Part shown: one piece after another, positions 32,189 through 42,769 of the stretch | Position numbering within the stretch: position 1 is the stretch's first letter | How the letters are laid out: every line of letters starts with the position of its first letter | Assembly (NCBI GenBank): GCA_030427205.1 | Contig: JAUHXC010000043.1 | Span: 6,456-70,455 of the forward strand | DNA length: 64,000 bases | Direction: 5' to 3' | DNA from: a bacterium | GTDB lineage: Bacteria; Myxococcota_A; Bradymonadia; UBA7976; UBA1532 | Position numbers and translations under genes: made by a program | The notes under the pieces: model-generated | What the model was told of the DNA's origin: nothing | What the model saw: the letters and a program-made list of their open reading frames with translations, nothing else | Databases searched by the model: none

Positions 32189-33325
32189 ATGCGCCCCGTG
32201 ACCCGCCGCCGCGTGCTGATCGCGTCGTTGGCCTGCGCCTTGATCGGGCCACCCGCCGCGCTGGCCCGGCCGGGCGCCACCGTCGACCCGGCGGCGGGGG
32301 CGTCGGCGCCCGCCGCGCCGGAGGGCCCGGCGCCCGAGACCACCGCGCCCGCCGACTCGCAGGCCGCTGACTCGCAGGCCGCTGACTCGCAGGCCGCTGA
32401 CTCGCAGAGCCCGGCCGAGCCCGGCGCGCCGATCGAGGCCTCAGCGACGACCACCATGAACGACGAGCAGCGCCGGCTCTACGCCCGCGGTGAAGCGGCG
32501 GCCCGCGACGGTGACTGGGCCGCCGCGGCGCGCTACTTCCGCGCGGCCGTCTCGCTGGGCGGCTTCAACCTGGGCTTCCTCGGCCTGGGCGAGGCGCTCG
32601 CCCGTCAGGGCCGCTGCGCCGAAGCGGCCACCGCCCTCGACGCGGTGCCGTCGTCGCCGGCGGTGCCCGAGGCGCCGGCGCGCTTCGCCGATGCCATGGC
32701 CAACGCTCAGCGTCAGGCCCTGGGCCGCACCTGCCCCGGGCGCCTCGTGGTCGACTGCACCGCGCCCATGACCCGCTATCGCATCATCGGCGGCGCAGAA
32801 CATACCTGTGGTGAAGCGCTCGAGCTGCCCGCGGGGCGCTACCGCTTGCGGGCCGGACCCGACGCGATGGCGGTGACGCTCGACGCGTGGGTGGTGGGCG
32901 TCGAGACCACCCGGGTCAACCTGAGCCTGCCCCGTCCGCTGCCGGCCGAGGTCATCCTGGGGCCGACCGCGCCGACGATCGAGCCCGAAGACGATCGCTG
33001 GAAGACCGCCGCGGCGGTGGTCCTGGGCCTGGCCGGCGCGACGCTGGTGGCCGGCGGCGGGCTGCACGCGGTGACGCTCGACGCCTACCTCGACGCCGAG
33101 GACGCCGCCGACGCCATCGTCGACGACGCGAGCCATGCGCGGGCCGAAGAGGCCTACGGGCGCCACGGCGACTGGCGGCGGGCGACGGTGGGGGTCTACG
33201 TGGCTGGCGGTCTGCTGGCGCTCACCGGGCTGACCTTGCTGCTCGTCGATCCCGACGGCGAGCCCGCGCGCAAGCCGGGGTCGAGCCTGTCGCTGGGTCC
33301 AGGCTGGGTCGGCGGGTCGTTCTGA
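32189..33325 (+). CDS. exported TPR-like / PEGA-like protein with C-terminal double-TM hairpin
   Basis: Track ORF 32174..33325. ATG 32189 (GGAGG 8 nt upstream) gives MRPVTRRRVLIASLACALIGPPAALA, possibly a twin-arginine signal. Then come an ADSQA repeat, a TPR-like region, LPAGRYRLRAGPD...VNLSL (PEGA-like) and two TM helices. It has the same architecture as 56340..57446. Confidence 0.8.
   Translation: MRPVTRRRVLIASLACALIGPPAALARPGATVDPAAGASAPAAPEGPAPETTAPADSQAADSQAADSQAADSQSPAEPGAPIEASATTTMNDEQRRLYARGEAAARDGDWAAAARYFRAAVSLGGFNLGFLGLGEALARQGRCAEAATALDAVPSSPAVPEAPARFADAMANAQRQALGRTCPGRLVVDCTAPMTRYRIIGGAEHTCGEALELPAGRYRLRAGPDAMAVTLDAWVVGVETTRVNLSLPRPLPAEVILGPTAPTIEPEDDRWKTAAAVVLGLAGATLVAGGGLHAVTLDAYLDAEDAADAIVDDASHARAEEAYGRHGDWRRATVGVYVAGGLLALTGLTLLLVDPDGEPARKPGSSLSLGPGWVGGSF
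32351..32407 (+). repeat. in-frame 15-bp tandem repeat (~3.7 copies, encodes ADSQA)
   Basis: gactcgcaggccgct is repeated head-to-tail. The translation is ADSQAADSQAADSQAADSQS. Confidence 0.85.
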
Positions 33326-33342
33326 GGCGTTGACGGCGGCGC

Positions 33343-34185
33343 TCAGCTCGCCGCGCGCACCAGCGGCGCCTTGGGGGTCTCGCCGACGTCCCGCAACAGC
33401 ATCGACGGCGGGCGGATGCCATCCCGGCGGAAGGTATCGAGCACCCGCACCGTCAGGTCGCTCTCCAGCGCCTTTTCGTAGAGCACGTCGAGCACATAGA
33501 CCTTCGCCCGCAGCCGCACCGCATAGTAGTTCTCCTGCAGGACCTGGCTGGCGAGCACCGACCACGGCTTCTCGATGAAGGCATAGCGGCACGAGGTCAC
33601 CGCCTCTTCGATGATGCGCCGGGCGCTGGCGATGTCTTGATCGACGCCGATGTAGAAGTCGACCTGGATCAGCATGTCGAGCGCGCCGGCGTTGCCCGAC
33701 GAGACGATGTCGGTGAGGAACTTGTTGTTGGGGATGGTGATCAGGTTGTCGTCGAGGGTCACCAGCCGCACCGAGCGCAGGCCGATGCGCTGGATCTCGC
33801 CGTAGAAGCCGCCGAACGAGACCCGGTCGCCCACCTGAAAGGGGCGGTCGAAGAGGATCATCAAGCCGGCGACGATCGACGCGGCGAGGTCCTTGAGCGC
33901 GATGCCCACCGCGACCGCCAGGGTGCCGCCGATGGCCAGCAGCATCTGCTCGCTGAGCTGGAAGACGAGCACCGTCGCGCCGGCGATGCCGGTGAACGAG
34001 ATCACGAACCGCAAGACGGTGGTGACCTGTTGCAAGACCAGGCGCCGCTCGGCGAAGCGCTGGCCGAGGCGGTCGGTGAAGCGGGTCAGCGTGCTGCTGG
34101 CCATCCAGGTCAGCGCCAGCACGATCAGGGCCGGCACGATGCCGCCGACCCGGATGAACTGCACGATCTCGAGCGAGTCCTTCAT
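33343..34185 (-). CDS. mechanosensitive ion channel family protein (MscS core)
   Basis: 280 aa. Three TM helices are followed by LAASIVAGLMILFDRPFQVGDRVSFGGFYGEIQRIGLRSVRLVTLDDNLITIPNNKF, the MscS beta-domain signature. RBS GGAGA. The start is 16 nt after the upstream stop. Confidence 0.9.
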   Translation of the reverse strand: MKDSLEIVQFIRVGGIVPALIVLALTWMASSTLTRFTDRLGQRFAERRLVLQQVTTVLRFVISFTGIAGATVLVFQLSEQMLLAIGGTLAVAVGIALKDLAASIVAGLMILFDRPFQVGDRVSFGGFYGEIQRIGLRSVRLVTLDDNLITIPNNKFLTDIVSSGNAGALDMLIQVDFYIGVDQDIASARRIIEEAVTSCRYAFIEKPWSVLASQVLQENYYAVRLRAKVYVLDVLYEKALESDLTVRVLDTFRRDGIRPPSMLLRDVGETPKAPLVRAAS

Positions 34186-34201
34186 GGCGTCTCCGATGGC
34201 C

Positions 34202-37200
34202 TCACAGCGCCAGCAGGTGCTTGCGCCGCAGGAAGCGCACCACCGCTCTGTGCCAGTGGATGGGGATCACATAGCGTTCGCCGCGCCGCTCGACGCAGCC
34301 GAGGGCCCGCAGCTGTTCGAGCATCGACAGGCAGCGCTCGGGCGGCATCTGCAGGATCGCCGGGGCGTCGGCCAGATGCAGCCCGGCGTGCAGCACCACC
34401 GCGTGCAGCGCGAAGCGGGCCGGGTCGAGCAGATCTTCGAGCTCGTCGGGCTTGGGCACGTCGAACAGGCGCACCCGCAGCGGCTGCACGTCGTCCGGCC
34501 CGTCGGCATCGGGCGCAGGCTCGACGAGCGAGCGGCTCCAGAAGTGCAGCACCAGCCGGGGCAGGCCCTCGGCGTAGTCCCACAGCAGCCGCACGTAGCG
34601 CTCGCGGGTCCGCGCCAGCTCTTCTTCGCGCTCGAACACCCGGTCGGGCCGCTCCATGAGGTCTTCGTAGGTCACCGTGCGCCCCACCGCCGCCATGCGG
34701 GCGTCGATCAAGGCGCCGATCTCGGCCTCGGTCCAGCGGTCGAGGTGCGCCTCGTGGCGGAAGATGTCCTGCTGCCGGCCGGCGAACATCAGCCACGCCC
34801 AGAGATAGCGCGAGAAGGTGCAGACCCAGGCGGTGCGATGGGTGCGGCGCACGATGTCGAGCAGCGCCTCATAGCCGGCCATGCGCCCCGGAGCCCGCTG
34901 CGCGCAGTGCTGGGTATCGTCGAGCAGGATCAGCCGCGGGTCGCCGGCCTCGAGCGCCCCGACGAGGCCGTCGACGCTCGACGCGCAGTGCTTGAGCCCC
35001 AGCCCGTCGGCCAGCCAGCGGCAGAAGGCCTCGGCGGTGGGCACCGGGCGGTCGAGCCGCAGCACCACGATGGTGTCGGGCAGCCGCTCGGCGAGGGTCG
35101 CGATCCAGGCGGTCTTGCCCGCGCCGCGCTCGCCGACGACGGCCCACGAGATACCCGGCGCGCCCTCCCGCCAGCGGGCGAGATCGGCCAGCGCTTCGTC
35201 CAGCCGCGGGAAGCGCTCGATGCGCACCGCGTCGTCGAGCTGACGCTGGTCGAGGATGCGCAGCACCTCCGGATCGAGCGGCCGGTCGCCGACTTCGGCG
35301 ACGGTGGCTTGCTTCTCGAGGCGCCGCAGGAAGAGAAACGACAGCGCGCGACGGACCTGCTCGAGGCGCAGCGCCCAGCGGGCCGACATCTGACCGATGC
35401 GGCGGGCGGCGAGCCAGGCGGCGACCGGCAGCGCGACGAAGGCCCCGAGCAGATGCGTACGGAAGCGGCGGGCGATGTCGGCGAGCGTGCCTTCGGGCCG
35501 CATCGCCAGGTAGCCGTCGAAGATGTCGATCTGCCAGCGGCGCAGGGCGAACCAGACCACCGGGAAGGCGGCGATCCAGGCGAACTGGCGGACGAGGGTG
35601 TACAGGTAGCCGCGACCGAGGACCGCCTCGGCGACGATGAGGAAGACCGCGATGACCGCCGCGGTGCGCCCGGCGATGCGCACCGTGCGCAGGAGGCGGG
35701 CGCTGAGGTCGTCGTCCACCGGCGTGCCCGGGCGTGAGGCGAGCTGAACGAGCACGTGGTGGCTGATGGCGATGACCAGCCAGTAGACCGCCAGCACGTG
35801 CACCACATCGTCGGCGAGCTGGATCTCGGGCGCGGGCAGCAGCTCGACGAGCGTGCCGAAGAAGACCATCGAGAAGGCGTAGAACAGCAGCGGCATCGCC
35901 AGCGCCCGCAGCGGGCGCCACAGCCGGCGGAAGCGGTCGCCCGTATCGCTGTGCAGCGCCCACTCGTGCGCCTTGTCGTCGATCCAGTCGAGCAGCCGGC
36001 GGCGACGCAGCACGATCGGCACCGCGAGGAAGCCCAGCGCCAGCAGCTCGAGCATCATCCAGCGGGTCGAGCTGCGGCCGAGCTGATCCATCAGCCAGTG
36101 GGGCCCCTCGCCGAGCACGTCGCGGCGATCGTAGGTGTACCAACGGCTCATCAGCCGCATGTGCTCCAGCTCGCGCCCCAGCTGGCGCAGGCCCTCGCGG
36201 CCCAGACCCAGGACCCGCTCGCGCAGCTCGGGGCTGAGACGCTGCAGCAGCGCGAGGCGCAGGCCGTTGAGGGTGCGGACCTCTTCGGCGATCGCCGGCA
36301 CGGCCGCGGTGCGATCGGCCTGCACCTCGGAGACGAGGCTGGCCCGCTCGGTGGCGGCGGCGGTCAGCGTGCGGATGACAGCGTCCCGTTCGAGCGGCAG
36401 CGCCCGGAAGGCGGCGGCGTCGAGGTCGACCGAAGAGGGCACCTCGGGCGCGCCGACCGGCTCGCCCAGCGCGTCCAGCGCCCGGCTCAGATCGGAGCGG
36501 GCCAGCACCAGCTCGTCGACCAGGACCCCGTGCAGGGCGTCGGCCACCGCCCCGGCCAGCGCCGGATCGCTCACCGCGTTGCGCGCCCGCAGCGCCACGT
36601 CGGCCCGGCGCTGGGCCGACTCGGCCCGCGAGGTCCGGTTGCGGGCGAGCAGCACCTGCGCTTCGGCCACCGCCGCGCGCACGGCCTCGGCGCCGGCGCG
36701 CGCCTGGGCCAGCTGCCGGGCGGCTTCGCTGCGGGCGTTCTCCGCCTCGAGCAGGGCGGCCTGGCGGGCCTGCTCGGCGTTGCGGGCGACCTCTTCGGCC
36801 GCCTGACGCGCCGCGGCCGCCGCCGCCTGTTCGGACGCGGCCTTGTGAAACGCGGCCTCGGCGTCGAGCAGCGCGTGCCGCTCGGCGGCCGGTCGCGACA
36901 GCACCGCCAGCCGCAGCCCCTCGCGGGCGACGAGCAGCTCCAGGCGCTCGAGTCGGTCGGCCTCTTCGGCGGTCAGTGCGCTCGCCGCGCCGCTCTCCGC
37001 GGCCGTGCGTCGGGCGACGAGCGGATCGAGCGCGAGCCGGGCGACGTCGACGGTGCGGCGCAGCTCTTCGATGCGCGCGGTGACGCCGGCGTCGTCGCGC
37101 AGGTCGACGGCGAAGAGCCCGGCGACGGTGCCGCTGGTCGGGGCCTGCCCCTCGGCCAGCGGCGTGAGCGCGGCGATCTGGGTGCGCAGGTCGGCGGTCG

Positions 37201-37492
37201 GCGTCTTCTCGTCGAGCGTGGCGGTGGGCGCCGCCGCCACCGCGGGCGCGGCTTCGGCGTCGGGCAGGGCGGGCCCCGCGTCCTGCGGCTCGGGCGGCGG
37301 TGGACCCCGGTCGACGACGCCGCCGTCGCCGACCACCACGACCCCGCCGTCGGGTGATCCGCCGTCTGCGGCCCGCGCGGCGCCGGCCGTCGCCCAGAGC
37401 AGGACGAGCAGCGCCAGCGGGCCCACGCGGGGCAGGGGACGCGCCGTACGGCGCCGCGCTGCGGGCAAGGCGCTCGTGGAGCGGTTTCGCAT
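34202..37492 (-). CDS. polytopic membrane protein: periplasmic coiled coil + TM bundle + cytoplasmic P-loop ATPase/winged-helix
   Basis: Track ORF 34202..37717, with the start at MRNRSTSALP (ATG 37492). Signal peptide ...LALLVLLWATAGAARA. About 400 aa of Ala/Glu/Arg-rich coiled coil are followed by at least 6 hydrophobic helices. Walker A VVGERGAGKTAW and Walker B RLILLDD. The C-terminus is wHTH-like (LEQLRALGCVERRGERYVI). Confidence 0.85.
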   Translation of the reverse strand: MRNRSTSALPAARRRTARPLPRVGPLALLVLLWATAGAARAADGGSPDGGVVVVGDGGVVDRGPPPPEPQDAGPALPDAEAAPAVAAAPTATLDEKTPTADLRTQIAALTPLAEGQAPTSGTVAGLFAVDLRDDAGVTARIEELRRTVDVARLALDPLVARRTAAESGAASALTAEEADRLERLELLVAREGLRLAVLSRPAAERHALLDAEAAFHKAASEQAAAAAARQAAEEVARNAEQARQAALLEAENARSEAARQLAQARAGAEAVRAAVAEAQVLLARNRTSRAESAQRRADVALRARNAVSDPALAGAVADALHGVLVDELVLARSDLSRALDALGEPVGAPEVPSSVDLDAAAFRALPLERDAVIRTLTAAATERASLVSEVQADRTAAVPAIAEEVRTLNGLRLALLQRLSPELRERVLGLGREGLRQLGRELEHMRLMSRWYTYDRRDVLGEGPHWLMDQLGRSSTRWMMLELLALGFLAVPIVLRRRRLLDWIDDKAHEWALHSDTGDRFRRLWRPLRALAMPLLFYAFSMVFFGTLVELLPAPEIQLADDVVHVLAVYWLVIAISHHVLVQLASRPGTPVDDDLSARLLRTVRIAGRTAAVIAVFLIVAEAVLGRGYLYTLVRQFAWIAAFPVVWFALRRWQIDIFDGYLAMRPEGTLADIARRFRTHLLGAFVALPVAAWLAARRIGQMSARWALRLEQVRRALSFLFLRRLEKQATVAEVGDRPLDPEVLRILDQRQLDDAVRIERFPRLDEALADLARWREGAPGISWAVVGERGAGKTAWIATLAERLPDTIVVLRLDRPVPTAEAFCRWLADGLGLKHCASSVDGLVGALEAGDPRLILLDDTQHCAQRAPGRMAGYEALLDIVRRTHRTAWVCTFSRYLWAWLMFAGRQQDIFRHEAHLDRWTEAEIGALIDARMAAVGRTVTYEDLMERPDRVFEREEELARTRERYVRLLWDYAEGLPRLVLHFWSRSLVEPAPDADGPDDVQPLRVRLFDVPKPDELEDLLDPARFALHAVVLHAGLHLADAPAILQMPPERCLSMLEQLRALGCVERRGERYVIPIHWHRAVVRFLRRKHLLAL

Positions 37493-38075
37493 GGGCCCAT
37501 AGTCGACCGGCGCGTCGTCGGACGCAACTGCGCGCGCAGCATATCCCGACCGCCCGCCGGCCCGAGGCACGTCCCGGCATACGCCGCGCGGCGGCGGTTC
37601 TCGAGCCCGTGGGATACCAATGGATGCCATCGTATGGCTTCGGGTGTGTGCCCCCGCGATGACTGCGCGGATGACTACATTGGGATACCTCAAAAGGCTC
37701 ATACTGCTTGCGGGCATGGGATCTTCCGCGGTAGTGTGAAGTCATTCACGAGCGCGAAACGACGAGCACCACCCGCCGTCAGACGCTCGGCGCCCGCCCG
37801 CTGCCTCGGTCGGCGAATCCAAAAAAACATATATATGAAGTATGTGCTTGGCGGCTCGGCCGCGCCCCGTCCCTCGTGTCGCCGGGTCTCGAGGGTGACG
37901 GAGATGTCATTCGTACCCGATATGTCATCTTGGGATGAACTCGACCGTCACCGATGACGTGACAGTCTGTGCGCCGGGAGATGCCAGCCATGATGTCCGT
38001 CGAACGGCCGCGCGGGGCTCGCCCATCGGGCAGCGTGACATTCCCCAGCGGAGTGAGGGCCGCTGGGGAAGACGA

Positions 38076-38114
38076 CCGCGGGGATCCCGGAAGAGGGTTC
38101 CGGGATCCCCGCGG
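38076..38114. promoter_or_regulatory. perfect 17-bp inverted repeat with 5-nt spacer (strong stem-loop)
   Basis: CCGCGGGGATCCCGGAA-gaggg-TTCCGGGATCCCCGCGG, read directly from the sequence. It lies ~110 bp upstream of ATG 38223 within a 730-bp intergenic region. Confidence 0.6.
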
Positions 38115-38222
38115 CGATGTGATCTGCCCCTGGCCGTGGCCGATCCAGCCCGGCGGGTGGTGAGGCCCGCGGCCTGACCGCGGGCGTGGCGTGCCCGGGG
38201 CGGTTGTCGGTATGGTACGGGC

Positions 38223-39640
<1,418 letters not shown>

Positions 39641-39644
<4 letters not shown>

Positions 39645-40852
39645 GCGATGGCCGCTCGCGGATCGCGCCGCCCGCGAGCGAGCGGGGCCTCTTCTCGCGC
39701 CGCAGCGGCTTCGAGCGGCGCCTCAACCCGCTGACCCGCGCGCGGGCGGCGCGGCGGGCGTCCGGCGCGCCGCTGCTCGATCTGACGGTCTCCAACCCGA
39801 CCCGGGCCGGGCTGCCCTACGACGGCGCGGCCATCTGCGAAGCCCTGGCCGATCCGGCCGCGCTGGTCTACCGCCCGACGCCCTTCGGCCGGCCCGAGGC
39901 GCGCGCCGCAGCGGCCGAGACCATGGGCTGCTCGCCGGCGCGCTGCGTGCTCACGGCGAGCACCAGCGAAGCCTATGGCTGGCTGTTCAAGCTCCTCTGT
40001 GATCCGGGGGACGAGGTGTTGGCGCCGCGGCCGAGCTATCCGCTCTTCGATCAGCTCGCCGCGCTCGAAGGGGTGCGCCTGCGGCCGTATCCGCTGCGCT
40101 ACGACGGCGCGTGGCACATCGATCTGGCGGCGGTGGCCGCCGCCGTCGGGCCGCGGACCCGGGCGATCCTGGTCGTCAGCCCCAACAACCCCACCGGGCA
40201 GGTGCTGCGCGCGTCCGAGCTGGCGGGCCTCGCGCGGCTGGGGCTGCCGATCATCGCCGACGAGGTCTTCGCGCCGTATCGGCTGCGCCCGGTGCCCGAC
40301 GCGGCCCGCGCGCTGGATGCGCCGGGCCTCGTCTTCGCGCTGGGCGGGCTCTCGAAGTTCGCCGGCTTGCCGCAGATGAAGGCCGGCTGGATCGCGGTCG
40401 GTGGGCCGCCGAAGCCGGCCGAGGCGGCGCTGGCCCGGCTCGAGATCATCGCCGATACGTGGCTGTCGGTCGGGGCGCCGGTGCAGCACGCGCTGCCGGC
40501 GTTGCTGCGCACGCAGCAGGCCACCGCCGATGGCATCCGCCGGCGGGTGCGGCGCAACATGGCTTTCGTGCAGGCCGCCTGCCGCGGCAGCGCGACGACC
40601 GTCCTGCCCGCCGATGGGGGCTGGTACGCCGTGCTGCGCGCGCCGCGGGTGCTCGGTCCGGTCGGCTGGCTCGACGACGAGGCCTGGGCGCTGACCCTGC
40701 TCGAGTCGGATGGGTTGTATGTTCAGCCGGGCTTCTTCTATGACTTCGAGCAGGATGGCCACCTCGTGGTCAGCCTGCTGACGCCGCCCGCGGACTTCGA
40801 GGACGGCGTGCGACGGCTCGTGGCCCGCGTCGACCGGGTCTGCGCGGCGTGA
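39641..40852 (+). CDS. pyridoxal-phosphate-dependent aminotransferase, class I/II
   Basis: 403 aa. GTG 39641 overlaps the upstream stop (GTGA). Motifs are VVSPNNPTGQV, ADEVF, and the Lys block GGLSKFAGLPQMKAGW. Confidence 0.9.
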
Positions 40853-40874
40853 ACCACGGATTGGAGGGCGTGCG

Positions 40875-41507
40875 GTGCAGTATCTGATGCTGATCCAGAT
40901 CGACGAGGTGGCCTTCGCCGCCCGCCAGACCGCCGAGCTGCGGGCCGCGCAGCAGGCGTGGACCCGGGGGCTGGTGGGGGAGGGGGTCTTCGTCGCCGCC
41001 GACCGACTGCGTCCGCCGACGACGGCCCGGACGGTCCGGCGCGAGAGCGGTCGGATCATGTGCACCGATGGGCCTTTCGTCGAGACCAAGGAGCACCTGG
41101 GCGGCTACTACCTCATCGACGTGCCCGACGAGGCGGAGGCCCGCCGACGAGCGGCGAAGATGCCGGTCGCCGCGCATTGCCCTGTCTTCGTCTTGCCGAT
41201 CGAGGGGGCGCGCTTGTTGGCGCGCGAAGGCGACAAGCCCGCCGAGCAGACGATGCTGTTGTTCTACGGCGCCGCGTCGGGCGCCGCGCCGAGTGACGCC
41301 CCGGCCGACCGGGCGGTGCGGGCCTGGGTGCCCATCGGCGACGCCGTGCGCCGGCACCCGGTGACGCCGGCCACCGTGCTGGGCGAGGCGCCGCGCGCGG
41401 TGGCCCTGGTCGACGGCGGCGTCGATGTCGCCCGAGCCATCGCCGAGAAGGCGGTGGGCGAAGGCGGCGCGGCCGAGCTCCGGCCCGTGGTGATGTTCGG
41501 CGGATGA
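40875..41507 (+). CDS. YciI-family protein (N-terminal YCII domain plus extra C-terminal half)
   Basis: 210 aa. GTG 40875 has GGAGGG 6 nt upstream. MQYLMLIQ...CTDGPFVETKEHLGGYYLIDVPDEAEA is the YCII/DGPF signature. Confidence 0.8.
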   Translation: MQYLMLIQIDEVAFAARQTAELRAAQQAWTRGLVGEGVFVAADRLRPPTTARTVRRESGRIMCTDGPFVETKEHLGGYYLIDVPDEAEARRRAAKMPVAAHCPVFVLPIEGARLLAREGDKPAEQTMLLFYGAASGAAPSDAPADRAVRAWVPIGDAVRRHPVTPATVLGEAPRAVALVDGGVDVARAIAEKAVGEGGAAELRPVVMFGG

Positions 41508-42742
41508 GCAACCCAGCCCGCTTTCGACGTCTGCATCGGGCCGGTCGCTACCGGGCCCTGGTCCTCGAGTTCGAGAAGGCCGATCGGCGCCACACCGCTC
41601 GCCGCATGGTCGCGATCCCGTGGATCGCCGACGCGCTCGCCGCGGTGGGACGCCTCTCGGCCGCAGATCGGCTGATCCGCGCCCGCCTGGAAGATGCCAA
41701 CAACCCCAAGCTCGACCCGGCGCCCATCGCGCGCTTGCAGCTCGCCCGGCTGCGCGTGGCCGTCCGGGCGGTCGACCGCGACGCCGCGCTCGCCCGCCGA
41801 CTGGCCTGGCAGGCACGGGACTGGCTCGACGGGCTGCCGGCGGGCCCTACGCGCGTGCGCTCGACCGCCGCCGCGCTCGAAGGGCTCGTCGCCGGTCGGC
41901 TCGCCGAGGGTCGCGGCGATCTGGACGACGCTCTGCAAGCCCTGTCGGCCGCCGCGCGGCTCGATGTGCCCGACCCGCGGCTCTCGCGGCGTATCCGGGC
42001 GGTGCTCGATCGCTGCGTCGCCCGGCGCGACCCCGCCGCGGCCCTGGACCGGCGGTTGGCCGAAGCCCGACTCGCGGAGGATCCCGGCGCGGTTCAGCGC
42101 TGGCTGGCCCGTATCGTCGCGCTCGACGATCCCGGCACGCTGCTCGAGGGCTTGAGCGCGGCCATCGGCCAGCGGCCCCCGGCGACGGACGATCCGCGCG
42201 GCCGGGCCCGTCAGGCCCTGCGGCGGCTCGCGCTGCCGGCCGATATCGAGCTGCACGAGGCGGTCTGGCGTGCGGCGGTGCGCGGCGCGCGCGGTGAGGT
42301 CGACGCCGCGCACGCCGCCCTCGCGCCGCTCGGGCGGGCCGGCGATGGCTGGGACACCGTGCGTCAGCTCACCGCCTTCGACCTGCGCCCGCAGCTCGGC
42401 CGCCGCGAGGCCGAGGGGCTCATGCGCTGGTGGAGTCACCCGGATGGGGCGATCTCGATGGTCGCCCGCGGCCTCGTCGCCCGCGCTTTGCTCACCGCGG
42501 GCGATCTGCCGGGCGCCGCCGAAGCCGCCCGCGCGGCGGTGCGGCGGATTCGAGCGGCGGAGACCGCGCCGGCCCGCATCCGGCTGCCGGCGGCGTGGCC
42601 CGGTCGGCAGATCGCGCTGGATGTGCTGTACGACGTGGCCCGGCAGCAGGCCGAGAGCGCGTCGGCTGACTCGGTCGAGCTGCCGCTCGAACGCATCCGG
42701 CGGGCGCGGCAGATCGCGCGCTTCATCGACGCGCAGGATTGA
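41504..42742 (+). CDS. hypothetical all-alpha repeat protein
   Basis: 412 aa. The ATG overlaps the YciI stop (ATGA). It is an Ala/Arg/Leu-rich helical repeat with no motif recognised. Confidence 0.65.
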   Translation: MSNPARFRRLHRAGRYRALVLEFEKADRRHTARRMVAIPWIADALAAVGRLSAADRLIRARLEDANNPKLDPAPIARLQLARLRVAVRAVDRDAALARRLAWQARDWLDGLPAGPTRVRSTAAALEGLVAGRLAEGRGDLDDALQALSAAARLDVPDPRLSRRIRAVLDRCVARRDPAAALDRRLAEARLAEDPGAVQRWLARIVALDDPGTLLEGLSAAIGQRPPATDDPRGRARQALRRLALPADIELHEAVWRAAVRGARGEVDAAHAALAPLGRAGDGWDTVRQLTAFDLRPQLGRREAEGLMRWWSHPDGAISMVARGLVARALLTAGDLPGAAEAARAAVRRIRAAETAPARIRLPAAWPGRQIALDVLYDVARQQAESASADSVELPLERIRRARQIARFIDAQD

Positions 42743-42744
42743 GG

Positions 42745-42765
42745 GCGCGGGCTTCGGCCGCGCGC
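42745..42765. terminator. GC-rich hairpin with TTCG loop between convergent genes
   Basis: GCGCGGGC-ttcg-GCC(g)GCGC forms an 8-bp stem with one bulge, located between stop 42742 (+) and stop 42770 (-). There is no U-tract. Confidence 0.3.
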
Positions 42766-42769
42766 GCCG

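Noticed and set aside
33893-37745. ORFs 33893..35737(+), 35756..37357(+) and 34869..37745(-, 958 aa) overlapping the membrane ATPase gene
   Set aside because: Their composition is Arg/Ala/Gly/Pro-rich with no motifs. The chosen frame contains a signal peptide, a coiled coil, TM helices and Walker motifs in a sensible order.
37634-38177. Small ORFs 37634..37957, 37935..38177 and 37969..38163 in the AT-rich intergenic island
   Set aside because: They have poor GC3/codon bias for this genome and no RBS. They overlap each other and read through the 17-bp hairpin. I treated the region as non-coding (a possible sRNA or leader is discussed in the findings).
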